A stretch of DNA of 64,000 nucleotides, from the NCBI GenBank assembly GCA_026416715.1, contig JAOAEQ010000003.1, forward strand, positions 11,698-75,697, in the 5' to 3' direction. Origin of the DNA: a bacterium. GTDB taxonomy: Bacteria; UBP4; UBA4092; JAOAEQ01. The position numbers and the translations under genes are program-made. The notes beneath the pieces are model-generated. The model was not told the DNA's origin. It saw nothing but the letters and a program-made list of their open reading frames with translations, and did no database searches. Numbering within the stretch: position 1 is the first letter of the stretch; every line of letters begins with the position of its first letter. Below, piece after piece: positions 35,824 to 44,184 of this stretch.

Positions 35824-36008
35824 AAGTTTTTCTCCTCCTTTCTAATTTAAAATTAACGCATCAGTTGATCTTCTAGCAAAAAATTATCCTACGCTACATC
35901 CCGAAGATTGTGTTTAACATAATCTTCAAGAGACAAAACCAACCTGAACCTAACTTTATATGTTTATGCCTTTCTGTTTTTGAGTTTTTATGGTTTCCCG
36001 TTTTGAGT

Positions 36009-36686
36009 TTAATACTGTCCCTTCTTACTCGTGCGATAGATTTCACCGCGACTGATTGTTCCATTTGATGGATCGTATGATAGTAATGTTACATCTCCAT
36101 CAATACACCCACGTGCCGGGTCGTTCAGCCAAGGTAATTGATATCTCGACGAATCATTGGGGATAATATATGAACTCCAGATGCCATCAGGTCCCCGTGA
36201 CCGTAACGCCCAATACGAAGCATGCCAGATTATGGCAAACGGTCCCGGTCCATCTGCTGCTAACGAATACGACGATTCTCCCGGTCCAACAAATCGTTCC
36301 CAACAATAGAGGAAATACCCAATACCTGAAGTAGCTGCTTGGCCGCCACTACCGACAAACCGAAATGGGTCTTGAGGTACAGAGGTAATATAAGCAACTG
36401 GCGTAGTTAGTACATCAAACCGATTCGAACCGTAAGCATCGTCACCAAAAACTCCATTTTGATTGTATGGACTTCTATATATTGGATAGGTATTTCCATC
36501 AACATAATACGCTTCAACCGCAGTAGCTAACGTTTTAAATTCTGCTTTTAGCTTAGAAACTTTTGACCGGGTTTGTGCAGCTAAAAAGTTCGGAATTGCG
36601 ATTGCTGCGAGAATCGCGATAATTGCAACGACTATCAAGAGCTCAATTAGCGTAAATCCCTTATTCGATAATCGGTTTACCATCAT
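36009..36686 (-). CDS. Prepilin-type N-terminal cleavage/methylation domain protein, GspG-like pseudopilin
   Basis: MMVNRLSNKG|FTLIELLIVVAIIAILAAIAIPNFLAAQTRSKVSKLKAEFKTLATAVEAYYVDGNTYP. C-terminal RSRGPDG...YDPSNGTISRGEIYR. Start placed at the ATG at 36686, 8 nt after GAGGTGA. The ORF-track start at 36698 is a GTG inside that Shine-Dalgarno. Confidence 0.8.
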   Translation of the reverse strand: MMVNRLSNKGFTLIELLIVVAIIAILAAIAIPNFLAAQTRSKVSKLKAEFKTLATAVEAYYVDGNTYPIYRSPYNQNGVFGDDAYGSNRFDVLTTPVAYITSVPQDPFRFVGSGGQAATSGIGYFLYCWERFVGPGESSYSLAADGPGPFAIIWHASYWALRSRGPDGIWSSYIIPNDSSRYQLPWLNDPARGCIDGDVTLLSYDPSNGTISRGEIYRTSKKGQY

Positions 36687-36758
36687 ATTGTTGTTCACCT
36701 CGCTTTCTTACAAAGTGTTCATAGCTCACTTTAACTTATTAACGCACATTTATTAGCC

Positions 36759-38210
36759 TTATGAGTTTGGTTGTATAGTTAGTTTTTTAAACATACTTTG
36801 TCTTCTACGCGCCACCCCGGTTTTATAGGCAGCCGCTGCAACCGCTGCAGATACGGAAGAAACAACTTCCTTGTTAAAAATACTCGGAATGATATATTCT
36901 TCGTTTAATTCTTTTTTGGTTACCACTGCTGCTATCGCATGTGCTGCTGCAAGTTTCATTGCTTCGTTAATCTCAGATGCCCGGGTATCTAAGGCTCCTC
37001 GAAATATACCGGGGAATCCGAGTGCATTGTTTATTTGGTTAGGATAATCACTTCGACCAGTTGCCATAACTTTAACATGGGGAGCCGCTTCTTCCCAAGA
37101 AATTTCTGGAACCGGATTAGATAATGCAAATACTATCGGGTTCTTCGCCATTTTTTTAATATGATGCACTTTTAATATCCCAGGCGCTGAAACCCCTAAA
37201 AATAAATCCGCTCCTTGAATCGCTTTCGCTAAATCACCTTTAACCATTTTCGGGTTGGTTCGTTCAGCTAACCATTGTTTCACCGGGTTCATGTTTTCTT
37301 TTCTACCTTTATACAATGTTCCGGTAGTATCTACTCCGATAATTTCTGGTATACCGACTTGCATGAATATTTTCGCACAAGCTATTCCAGCGGCACCTAA
37401 TCCAGAAATGACAACTTTTAATTGCTGCATTCGTTTCCCAACAATTTTTAAAGCGTTAATTAATGCAGCTAATACTACCACAGCGGTTCCATGTTGGTCA
37501 TCGTGAAAAACAGGAATATCAAGCTGTTCTTTTAACCGCTGTTCTATTTCGAAACACCGTGGAGCAGAAATATCTTCTAAATTGATCCCTCCAAATCCAG
37601 GCGCGATATGTTTCACGGTCGCTACAATTTCTCCGGTATCTTTTGTGTCCAAACAAAGTGGAAATGCATCGATATTAGCAAACTCTTTAAATATCATCGC
37701 TTTCCCTTCCATAACCGGCATCGCTGCTTTCGGACCTATATCACCTAAACCCAGAACAGCCGTCCCATCAGTGACTATCGCTACTGAATTCATTTTTATG
37801 GTTAACGACATCGCTTTTTTCGGGTCTTCTTGAATCGCTTTACAAACTCGCGCTACGCCCGGCGTATATGCCATAGATAAGGCATCCCGTGTATTCAATG
37901 GTATCTTATTCGCAATTTGAATTTTACCACCGAGATGAATTAGAAATACCCGGTCGGAAACATTGAGAACTTTTACTCCTTTAATCTGTTTCACAGCTTC
38001 AACTATTTGTTGCGCATGTTCTTCATTTCCAGCGTTTACCGTTAAATCGCGGATAATAATATTTTTATTCACACTGACGATATCAACACTACCCATATCA
38101 CCACCAGCAGCACCTATTGCCGAGGTGATTTTCCCGAGCATCCCGATTCGATTTTGGATTTCTAATCGCAGGGTTATACTGTATCCTGGACTAGGAGTAA
38201 TTTTCTTCAC
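36759..38210 (-). CDS. NAD(P)-dependent malic enzyme with an N-terminal ACT domain
   Basis: ACT-like ITLRLEIQNRIGMLGKITSAIGAAGGDMGSVDIV. Then LSMAYTPGVARVCKAIQEDP...VAIVTDGTAVLGLGDIGPKAAMPVMEGKAMIFKEFANIDAFPLCLD and ISGLGAAGIACAKI, the canonical bacterial malic enzyme core. Confidence 0.9.
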   Translation of the reverse strand: MKKITPSPGYSITLRLEIQNRIGMLGKITSAIGAAGGDMGSVDIVSVNKNIIIRDLTVNAGNEEHAQQIVEAVKQIKGVKVLNVSDRVFLIHLGGKIQIANKIPLNTRDALSMAYTPGVARVCKAIQEDPKKAMSLTIKMNSVAIVTDGTAVLGLGDIGPKAAMPVMEGKAMIFKEFANIDAFPLCLDTKDTGEIVATVKHIAPGFGGINLEDISAPRCFEIEQRLKEQLDIPVFHDDQHGTAVVVLAALINALKIVGKRMQQLKVVISGLGAAGIACAKIFMQVGIPEIIGVDTTGTLYKGRKENMNPVKQWLAERTNPKMVKGDLAKAIQGADLFLGVSAPGILKVHHIKKMAKNPIVFALSNPVPEISWEEAAPHVKVMATGRSDYPNQINNALGFPGIFRGALDTRASEINEAMKLAAAHAIAAVVTKKELNEEYIIPSIFNKEVVSSVSAAVAAAAYKTGVARRRQSMFKKLTIQPNS

Positions 38211-38237
38211 GATACTCAGATTCCTTTTAGAGACGTT

Positions 38238-38274
38238 ATTAAAAGAAGGAAGGGAGAGTATTAACTCCCTTCCT
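38238..38274 (-). terminator. Rho-independent terminator downstream of the beta-helix gene 38291-40084
   Basis: AGGAAGGGAG (38247-38256) pairs with CTCCCTTCCT (38265-38274). On the minus strand it is followed by TCTTTTAATAA. Confidence 0.5.
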
Positions 38275-38290
38275 AGATTATCACTTTACT

Positions 38291-40084
38291 TTAATATGTT
38301 TCTGTTTCAAATCGCGATAATTCCACTGGAACAGGTTGAACATTTGTACTACCTATGTATTGCTCATCGCATCCTGGCCAAGGAGTCGAACTATGACGGG
38401 TTTGACCATCAATGTCAGTCGTTACAGAAATTGGACTAGGCGTTAAATTCGTTGTTCCGGCTCTCAGAGGAAATGCACTACCACCAACAAAACGCAGGTT
38501 TGTGGTTGAAATCCAACTACCCGGAGCGGTTGTAAGTGGGTCAATAGATTGACTGTTTTGGTCTCCGGTCAAATTACCTGCTGCTGCTAGTGCGGTTGTC
38601 CAAGCAGCTAAGGTAGTATAATTAGTGCTACCTAATCTGCCGAGGTTGGCTCCGTTTAGATTGATGTAATTGTTATAATCGTAGCCATAAAGGTTACTCG
38701 CAGTAGTAGCGTTTCCTAAGATAATGCAGTGTCCACCAGGTTGCGCCATTCGAACAATATTATTCTTAATGGTTCGAGCGCCAGTAGGAGCAGTTTTAAT
38801 CAACCCGATACCAAAACAACTATTGGATGAAACTGTAATCCCTAGATTCTCTTGCGAGTCTATACTAATCGAGTTGTACATAATATGATACTTACTCGAT
38901 GCATGTGCAGCATTAAACGCTACAATACCGCGTATACCAGCATTCTGCGGAGTCGTGGTTACAGGATTGACATATTTCAAACCCGAAATCATGTTGTTGT
39001 AAACATAGGCTTCAAGTGCAGTCGGACTAGCTGAGGAAGAAAGATCAATCCCTGTTGGACCAGTCGTAACACTTCCGGTTTGACTCGATGACTCAACCTT
39101 GTCAATAACATTGTTTGCAATGGTTACTATCCCATTACCAGCAACATCATTTATCGCTATTCCTATCGGAGTAGCTGCGCTGGTCAACGTTTGTCTCACT
39201 CGGATGGTGTTATTGCTGATAGTAACATTATCATGGAAATTAACGTGAATACCACGTGCCCGCGCTTCAATCAAACAGTTTTTAATCGTGCACCCCGTCG
39301 GTTTGTTTGCATACGCTCCGCCACCGTGGATGCCTAACTGGATTGCATAACATACCGAACCACCTGCTCCACCAGGAGTACCAGTTGACATTACATAGCA
39401 GTTTTCAAGCAGGAAATCTTTTGGCGCTAACGATGATGTCGTTGAGTAATAGAGTAACGGCATAGTGGGTTGCCGACCACGTACGTTTACAACATAATGT
39501 GTTCCGGTAGGTAGAACCGCAGCGTTTATGAGATTACAGTTTCTTACCTGTACATTAGTACATGCGCCGTATACTGCTAATATTACCGGAAATGCTCCAG
39601 CAACAAGGTCAGGCGAATTGACTACGGTTAAACTACGGTCGGTTCCCCCCGCAGTAGTTGAACCATCAATAATAAAATTGTTCGTTGAAATTGCCGTAGA
39701 ATCCATCGCCCCGTAGAGCATATCGAGCTCTTGTAGACCAATAACCCAAGCGCCGGATATACCAGCATTATCTAACGTTGTGGTAAACGATATTGTTAAT
39801 GGTTTAGCCGGTTTAAACAATATCGTACTGGCATCAAGTACCCAATTACCAAAAGCAACATTTTTCGGTTCGTATAAATCATTCAGAATGGTTACGGTCC
39901 AGCTCCCGGTATTAGCAGTGGTATTGAAATCTTGGGCACACTCAAACAACGATGCATAATCACCACCAATGCCGATAGTCGAAGTACCTTGCCCTGCAGG
40001 TGGGTCGCTATATTTTTTTGCGAACCCAAAACTCGCACAGATACAAACTAATACTACTATACATATATATTTCATTAATTTCAT
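38291..40084 (-). CDS. Secreted right-handed parallel beta-helix repeat protein, paralog of 33847-35823
   Basis: Start placed at the ATG at 40084 (MKLMKYICIVVLVCICASFGFA|KKYSDPPAGQGTSTIG), 10 nt after AAGGAGGTGA. The ORF stays open to 40168. Shares the mature N-terminus KKYSDPPAGQGTST...DFNTTANTG.WT and the C-terminal TTDIDGQTRHSSTPWPGCDE with its paralog. Tail VPVELSRFETETY. Confidence 0.6.
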   Translation of the reverse strand: MKLMKYICIVVLVCICASFGFAKKYSDPPAGQGTSTIGIGGDYASLFECAQDFNTTANTGSWTVTILNDLYEPKNVAFGNWVLDASTILFKPAKPLTISFTTTLDNAGISGAWVIGLQELDMLYGAMDSTAISTNNFIIDGSTTAGGTDRSLTVVNSPDLVAGAFPVILAVYGACTNVQVRNCNLINAAVLPTGTHYVVNVRGRQPTMPLLYYSTTSSLAPKDFLLENCYVMSTGTPGGAGGSVCYAIQLGIHGGGAYANKPTGCTIKNCLIEARARGIHVNFHDNVTISNNTIRVRQTLTSAATPIGIAINDVAGNGIVTIANNVIDKVESSSQTGSVTTGPTGIDLSSSASPTALEAYVYNNMISGLKYVNPVTTTPQNAGIRGIVAFNAAHASSKYHIMYNSISIDSQENLGITVSSNSCFGIGLIKTAPTGARTIKNNIVRMAQPGGHCIILGNATTASNLYGYDYNNYINLNGANLGRLGSTNYTTLAAWTTALAAAGNLTGDQNSQSIDPLTTAPGSWISTTNLRFVGGSAFPLRAGTTNLTPSPISVTTDIDGQTRHSSTPWPGCDEQYIGSTNVQPVPVELSRFETETY

Positions 40085-40220
40085 CAACTCAAACTCACCT
40101 CCTTTCATTCTGGAAATGAAACTGTTGTACATCATGTCGTATAACTTCATTACTTTCCCTCCTTTCATTTATTGATATATTATTTATTGTATATCACTAA
40201 AAGTTACCATCGTCAATTAT

Positions 40221-41444
40221 TTATGAACGTAATAGCTTATGTTGAATGCTCTCTATGGTATATACGATATCATCCATATCTTTTTTCGATCCTAACATAA
40301 CCGTTTGAGGTAACCATATCGCTTCTTGTTTACAAGCTATTTCACAGTTCGGACAATATACTGCTCTATAATTGATTTTTTTTGCTGCCGCTGCATAGGA
40401 ACCAAAATTCTGGTTTATAAATAACGGCTGTTTATATAATGGGATAGGATACCCAATACTTGCTGGTATACCATTTCTATTTAATATCGAAACGAACTCC
40501 TGTTTTGGAATATTATTGAAAAACTCTTTTTTGTACTTGAAAATGTATAAATGGTATGAATGTCGTGTTTCACCTATCCCTCGTTTTAATGGGACAATTC
40601 CCGGAATTTTACTCAACCGCTGGGTTAAATATAATCCATTCGTATCGCGTTGCTTAGTCTGTTTATCTAATCGGGTGAGTTGCGCTAATAATACTGCTCC
40701 CTGCCATTCAGTCATTCGATGGTTGCCACCTAAACGATAATGCGCATACCATGCTCGGCCTTCTTCTCGTCCGCAATTCACATAAGAACGGAGTAATTTA
40801 GCGTATGTTTTGTTGTTGGTGAGAATTATCCCTCCTTCACCAGCAGTCATATTCTTCGTTGATTGAAAACTGAATACGCCCATATCACCGAGGGCACCTA
40901 ATTTTTTCCCTTTCCATTCTGCACCGTGTGCATGGCAGGCATCTTCGATCACGATTAAATTATGTTTTTTCGCAATTGCATTCAATCTATCCATATCCAC
41001 GGGTAAACCCGCAAAATGAACTGGAATAATCGCTTTCGTTTTCTTTGTAATTGCGCGTTCAACTAAATCGAGATCGAGATTATACGTTTCTGGTTCGATA
41101 TCAACAAAAATAGGAACCGCATTTACTTCTAAAACAGCAGTTGCTGTTGCGAGAAAGGTATATGGCGGTACTATAACTTCATCGCCTGCTTGAATATTTG
41201 CGGCTTGTAATGCTATTCTTAGCCCGCTAGTTCCATTCGTAACAGCAATACCATATTGTGCCCCATGATATTTTGCGAATTTCTGTTCGAACATCTGAAC
41301 AAAATTACCATTTAAACATCCCCATTTTTTTGAGGTTAAAACTGCCAATAATCCTTTTTTTTCTTGACTATCGTAAATCGGCCAATCAGTAACTTCATTT
41401 TTCTGCATTATTTTTCCATTGTATATAAATTGGTTCCTATTCAT
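40221..41444 (-). CDS. DegT/DnrJ/EryC1/StrS-family PLP-dependent sugar aminotransferase
   Basis: GTSGLRIALQAANIQAGDEVIVPPYTFLATATAVLEVNAVPIFVDIEPETYNLD, IIPVHFAGLPVDMD, FSFQSTKNMTAGEGG (PLP lysine). An alternative ATG start at 41408 (MQKNEVTDWPIYD) is possible. Confidence 0.85.
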   Translation of the reverse strand: MNRNQFIYNGKIMQKNEVTDWPIYDSQEKKGLLAVLTSKKWGCLNGNFVQMFEQKFAKYHGAQYGIAVTNGTSGLRIALQAANIQAGDEVIVPPYTFLATATAVLEVNAVPIFVDIEPETYNLDLDLVERAITKKTKAIIPVHFAGLPVDMDRLNAIAKKHNLIVIEDACHAHGAEWKGKKLGALGDMGVFSFQSTKNMTAGEGGIILTNNKTYAKLLRSYVNCGREEGRAWYAHYRLGGNHRMTEWQGAVLLAQLTRLDKQTKQRDTNGLYLTQRLSKIPGIVPLKRGIGETRHSYHLYIFKYKKEFFNNIPKQEFVSILNRNGIPASIGYPIPLYKQPLFINQNFGSYAAAAKKINYRAVYCPNCEIACKQEAIWLPQTVMLGSKKDMDDIVYTIESIQHKLLRS

Positions 41445-41875
41445 AATATAATCTGTTCTCCTCTTATATGCTTTTTTCTCAATCGAACAGCATAAAACTT
41501 ATTAACGCAAAAGTTATTTAACTATACAAATAAATTAAATATAATTTTAAACTTATTATCGTATTAGATATTTTATAGCACATTTCTACTACCTTTGTCA
41601 ACTTTTTTTTATTTATATTTCACGAGATGCAAAAGCGAATTGGTAACTCTTTTCTTTTAGAAAATTTTTTATTTACCTTGTTGCATTGCCGTTATTTTGG
41701 ATGATGATTCCCGTTGAGTTAATAAATTAAACAGTGTTTGTAAGATTGACGATAGACAAATTCTCAATAGTTAGTTATACTATATTATTAGTTTATTGTC
41801 ATTAAAATAAAACTAAAAAATTGTTAATTTGTAATCGTTATAATCTATTAAACTATTATTAAGGTAATACGGCTT
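41445..41875. promoter_or_regulatory. AT-rich divergent intergenic region at the strand switch; presumed promoters for both flanking transcription units
   Basis: 431 bp with no ORF, very AT-rich with T8/A-tracts. It lies between the minus-strand DegT gene and the plus-strand cyclase-like gene. A TATAAT hexamer sits at 41839-41844, but I found no convincing -35 partner. Confidence 0.4.
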
Positions 41876-42514
41876 ATGGCATGGATTGATATAACCGGTC
41901 CGATTCAGGAAGGAATGTGGAATTATGGACCACATTTACCGGAAATTACCATAAAAAAAATTGAAGCAATAGAACAGGGTAAGCACGATATATATGCTTT
42001 TTGTTTAACCTCTCTTACTGCAACCTATTTGGAAACTGCTGCCCATTATTTTAAAGGAGAACGTAGTATTGACCAATTACATCCTGAAGACTTTATTTTA
42101 GATGCGAATATCATTAAACTTAAACCGAAAGGATTTCAGGAAGCTATTTTAGTTGAAGAACTTAGACCTTACACTGAAAAAATTAAACCGAACAGTGCTC
42201 TATTAATTTCTACCGGTTGGGAAGATAAATGGAACAACCCTGATTTTGTTATCGGGAGTCCTTATTTCACGCCGGAAGCGATGCAGTGGGTGGTCGACCG
42301 GAAAATATCATTACTCGGGGCAGATATCCCCTGTTACGACAATCAGAAAAATTCCGTTAGAGTAAATAGTCTCCTATTCAAATCCGGTGCTTTAATATTA
42401 GCTCCGTTAGTGAATCTAAAAAATATACCGAAAGATTCGGCGAAACTCTATGCTTTCCCTTTAAAAATCGTCGGTGTATGCGCAACTCCCTGTCGAGCAC
42501 TACTCGAACTTTAA
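41876..42514 (+). CDS. Putative cyclase (kynurenine-formamidase-like, PF04199) family protein with degenerate metal-binding motif
   Basis: WIDITGPIQEGMWNYGP resembles the family N-terminus (iDLSh.i..gmp.wPg). At the position of HxGTHxDxPxH the protein has LTATYLETAAHYF. Size ~210 aa. Confidence 0.4.
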   Translation: MAWIDITGPIQEGMWNYGPHLPEITIKKIEAIEQGKHDIYAFCLTSLTATYLETAAHYFKGERSIDQLHPEDFILDANIIKLKPKGFQEAILVEELRPYTEKIKPNSALLISTGWEDKWNNPDFVIGSPYFTPEAMQWVVDRKISLLGADIPCYDNQKNSVRVNSLLFKSGALILAPLVNLKNIPKDSAKLYAFPLKIVGVCATPCRALLEL

Positions 42515-42568
42515 AATCTGAATGCGAGTATACCTGATTTTGTTTAGCGACATTTTTTCTTCTAACAC

Positions 42569-42598
42569 TTGACAAAGTTTGCGGTATCAACTTATGAT
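42569..42598 (+). promoter_or_regulatory. Sigma-70-like promoter candidate for the Asp23 operon
   Basis: TTGACA at 42569-42574, an 18-nt spacer, TATGAT at 42593-42598, about 40 nt upstream of the Asp23 ATG at 42638. Confidence 0.4.
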
Positions 42599-42637
42599 TT
42601 ATAGGTTGAGAGCGAAAGTATCATCAGGTTGATAATT

Positions 42638-43033
42638 ATGGTTACTGTTGAAAATAGAAGAAATGAACTTGGTGCGGTACGTATCCAGAATGAAGTGGTT
42701 GGAACGATTGCTGGAATTGCCGCTAGTGAAGTGAGTGGCGTGCTTGGATTGGGAGGAGGCTTTTCAATCGCTGAAGTATTCGGCAGAAAAAGTTTTAATA
42801 AAGGGATTAAGGTAGAAATTGCTAATGGTGAAGCGGCAATAGATTTATATATTACCGTTGAATATGGTCGGAATATTCCGGAAATTTCTTATCTGGTACA
42901 GCAGAATGTAAAACGGGCTATAGAAAATATGACCGGGCTATCTGTGGTCGAAGTGAATGTTAATATTGAAGGGGTTCAACCCAAAAAAGGGGGTACGCCT
43001 GAACCGGAAGTGGATTTTCGACATATTCGCTAA
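42638..43033 (+). CDS. Asp23/Gls24 family envelope stress (alkaline shock) protein
   Basis: LGAVRIQNEVVGTIAGIAASEVSGVLGL...GIKVEIANGEAAIDLYITVEYGRNIPEISYLVQQNVKRAIENMTGLSVVEVNVNIEGV is the canonical Asp23 pattern. Start taken at the ATG at 42638; the track start at 42629 is a TTG. Confidence 0.8.
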   Translation: MVTVENRRNELGAVRIQNEVVGTIAGIAASEVSGVLGLGGGFSIAEVFGRKSFNKGIKVEIANGEAAIDLYITVEYGRNIPEISYLVQQNVKRAIENMTGLSVVEVNVNIEGVQPKKGGTPEPEVDFRHIR

Positions 43034-43095
43034 GGGGTTATTCGCGGATAGAAAAGGCGTGTTTGTATAAACAAAAATAGGGAAAGGAATACCCT

Positions 43096-43698
43096 ATGGG
43101 GATGCGATTTATTCGGAGAACCGCAGCAACAATTTGTATTCTTTTAGTATTAAGCGTTGGCATTATCCTGACAGCAATTGCGATTCATTATTCTTTTGCT
43201 ACGCAAGGGAGTATTGCGGTTGAAACCATCATCTCTCAGTACCTATTGATGCTAAAGCAAAATCCTAATACCCGCGTTGCGACTTTTTTAGCTGGGCTGG
43301 TTTTATTGCTCGTTAGTTTGATAACGCTCTACTTAGCGATTCGGGGAGATAGTCTTTCACCAACCATTGTGGTTAGAACCGAATCCGGAAACGTCATTGT
43401 ATCTGCCTCTGCTATTGAAGATTTTATCCAGCGTCTTGGACGGACTATTGATGGAATTAAAGATTTACGACCGAATTTAATATTAACTAAAACCGGCTGG
43501 AAACTTGATGTACGGGTAACCATGTGGTCGGATAGCAGTATTCCGGAGTTACGCAAACGGATTGAAGACCAGATAAAGTTCCATATGCTCAATCTGATTG
43601 GGAGTGAAAAAATCCAACAGATTAATGTATATGTTGTGCGGATAGTTGATCGTGGACGTTTAACTAGGAGAAGTTCGGATATTGATTTTATTACCTAG
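43096..43698 (+). CDS. Alkaline shock response membrane anchor protein AmaP-like
   Basis: Two N-terminal TM helices followed by a soluble domain, ~200 aa, immediately downstream of Asp23. This is the conserved Asp23-AmaP-DUF2273 arrangement. Confidence 0.5.
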   Translation: MGMRFIRRTAATICILLVLSVGIILTAIAIHYSFATQGSIAVETIISQYLLMLKQNPNTRVATFLAGLVLLLVSLITLYLAIRGDSLSPTIVVRTESGNVIVSASAIEDFIQRLGRTIDGIKDLRPNLILTKTGWKLDVRVTMWSDSSIPELRKRIEDQIKFHMLNLIGSEKIQQINVYVVRIVDRGRLTRRSSDIDFIT

Positions 43699-43831
43699 GA
43701 TAAAATCAATCATAAGCTCCAAACACCAATATCAAATACATCGAAACGAGTTTCAATGTATGATTAGATTTGGCTATAACGGGTAACATTTAGAACTTGG
43801 ATTTTGATATTGGGATTTAATCTTGGGAGAA

Positions 43832-44056
43832 ATGGATATGTGGGATGTAATTCTATCGTTTCTTGAACGACGACCGAGAACAGTTATCGGATTGATAATA
43901 GGTTTTATCATCGGGCTTCTCTTAGTTACCCTACATTTTTGGAAAACTGTGTTGGTTATCGTCTGTGTTACTATCGGGTATTGTATTGGAAAATATTTAG
44001 ATACCCGAAAAGACTGGGGAGAAATTCTCGATCGTTTATTTACGCAAAAACCATAA
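43832..44056 (+). CDS. DUF2273 small integral membrane protein
   Basis: RTVIGLIIGFIIGLLLVTLHFWKTVLVIVCVTIGYCIGKYLD gives two TM helices with the G-rich pattern of DUF2273. Third gene of the Asp23 cluster. GGGAGA Shine-Dalgarno before the ATG at 43832. Confidence 0.55.
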   Translation: MDMWDVILSFLERRPRTVIGLIIGFIIGLLLVTLHFWKTVLVIVCVTIGYCIGKYLDTRKDWGEILDRLFTQKP

Positions 44057-44184
44057 AAAATATATTGTAGCGATAGATAACGGAATTTATTCTGGAATCA
44101 AATTTACTTCGCGGGGTTACCTCAAGGTATTAGTATATCCTACCTCGCAATCTTAAACCAAACCTACTAAATTCTGGCTCGCTT

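Noticed and set aside
28239-38210. Glutamate dehydrogenase, FGase-like protein and ACT-malic enzyme as functional parts of the pseudopilin/beta-helix neighbourhood
   Set aside because: These are ordinary central and amino-acid metabolism enzymes with their own ribosome-binding sites. Their interleaving more likely reflects the scattered genomic distribution of pseudopilin genes than a shared function.
37255-38439. Plus-strand ORFs of 83-158 aa (37255-37506, 37582-37833, 37963-38439)
   Set aside because: They are antisense shadows of the malic enzyme gene and of the 3' end of the beta-helix gene. No start context or recognisable domains.
41445-41875. AT-rich 431-bp region at the strand switch (all genes to its left are minus-strand, and the first eight to its right are plus-strand) considered as a replication origin
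   Set aside because: I could find no DnaA-box clusters (TTATCCACA or its complement) in the region, and no dnaA, dnaN, gyrB or parAB nearby. Divergent promoters explain it adequately.
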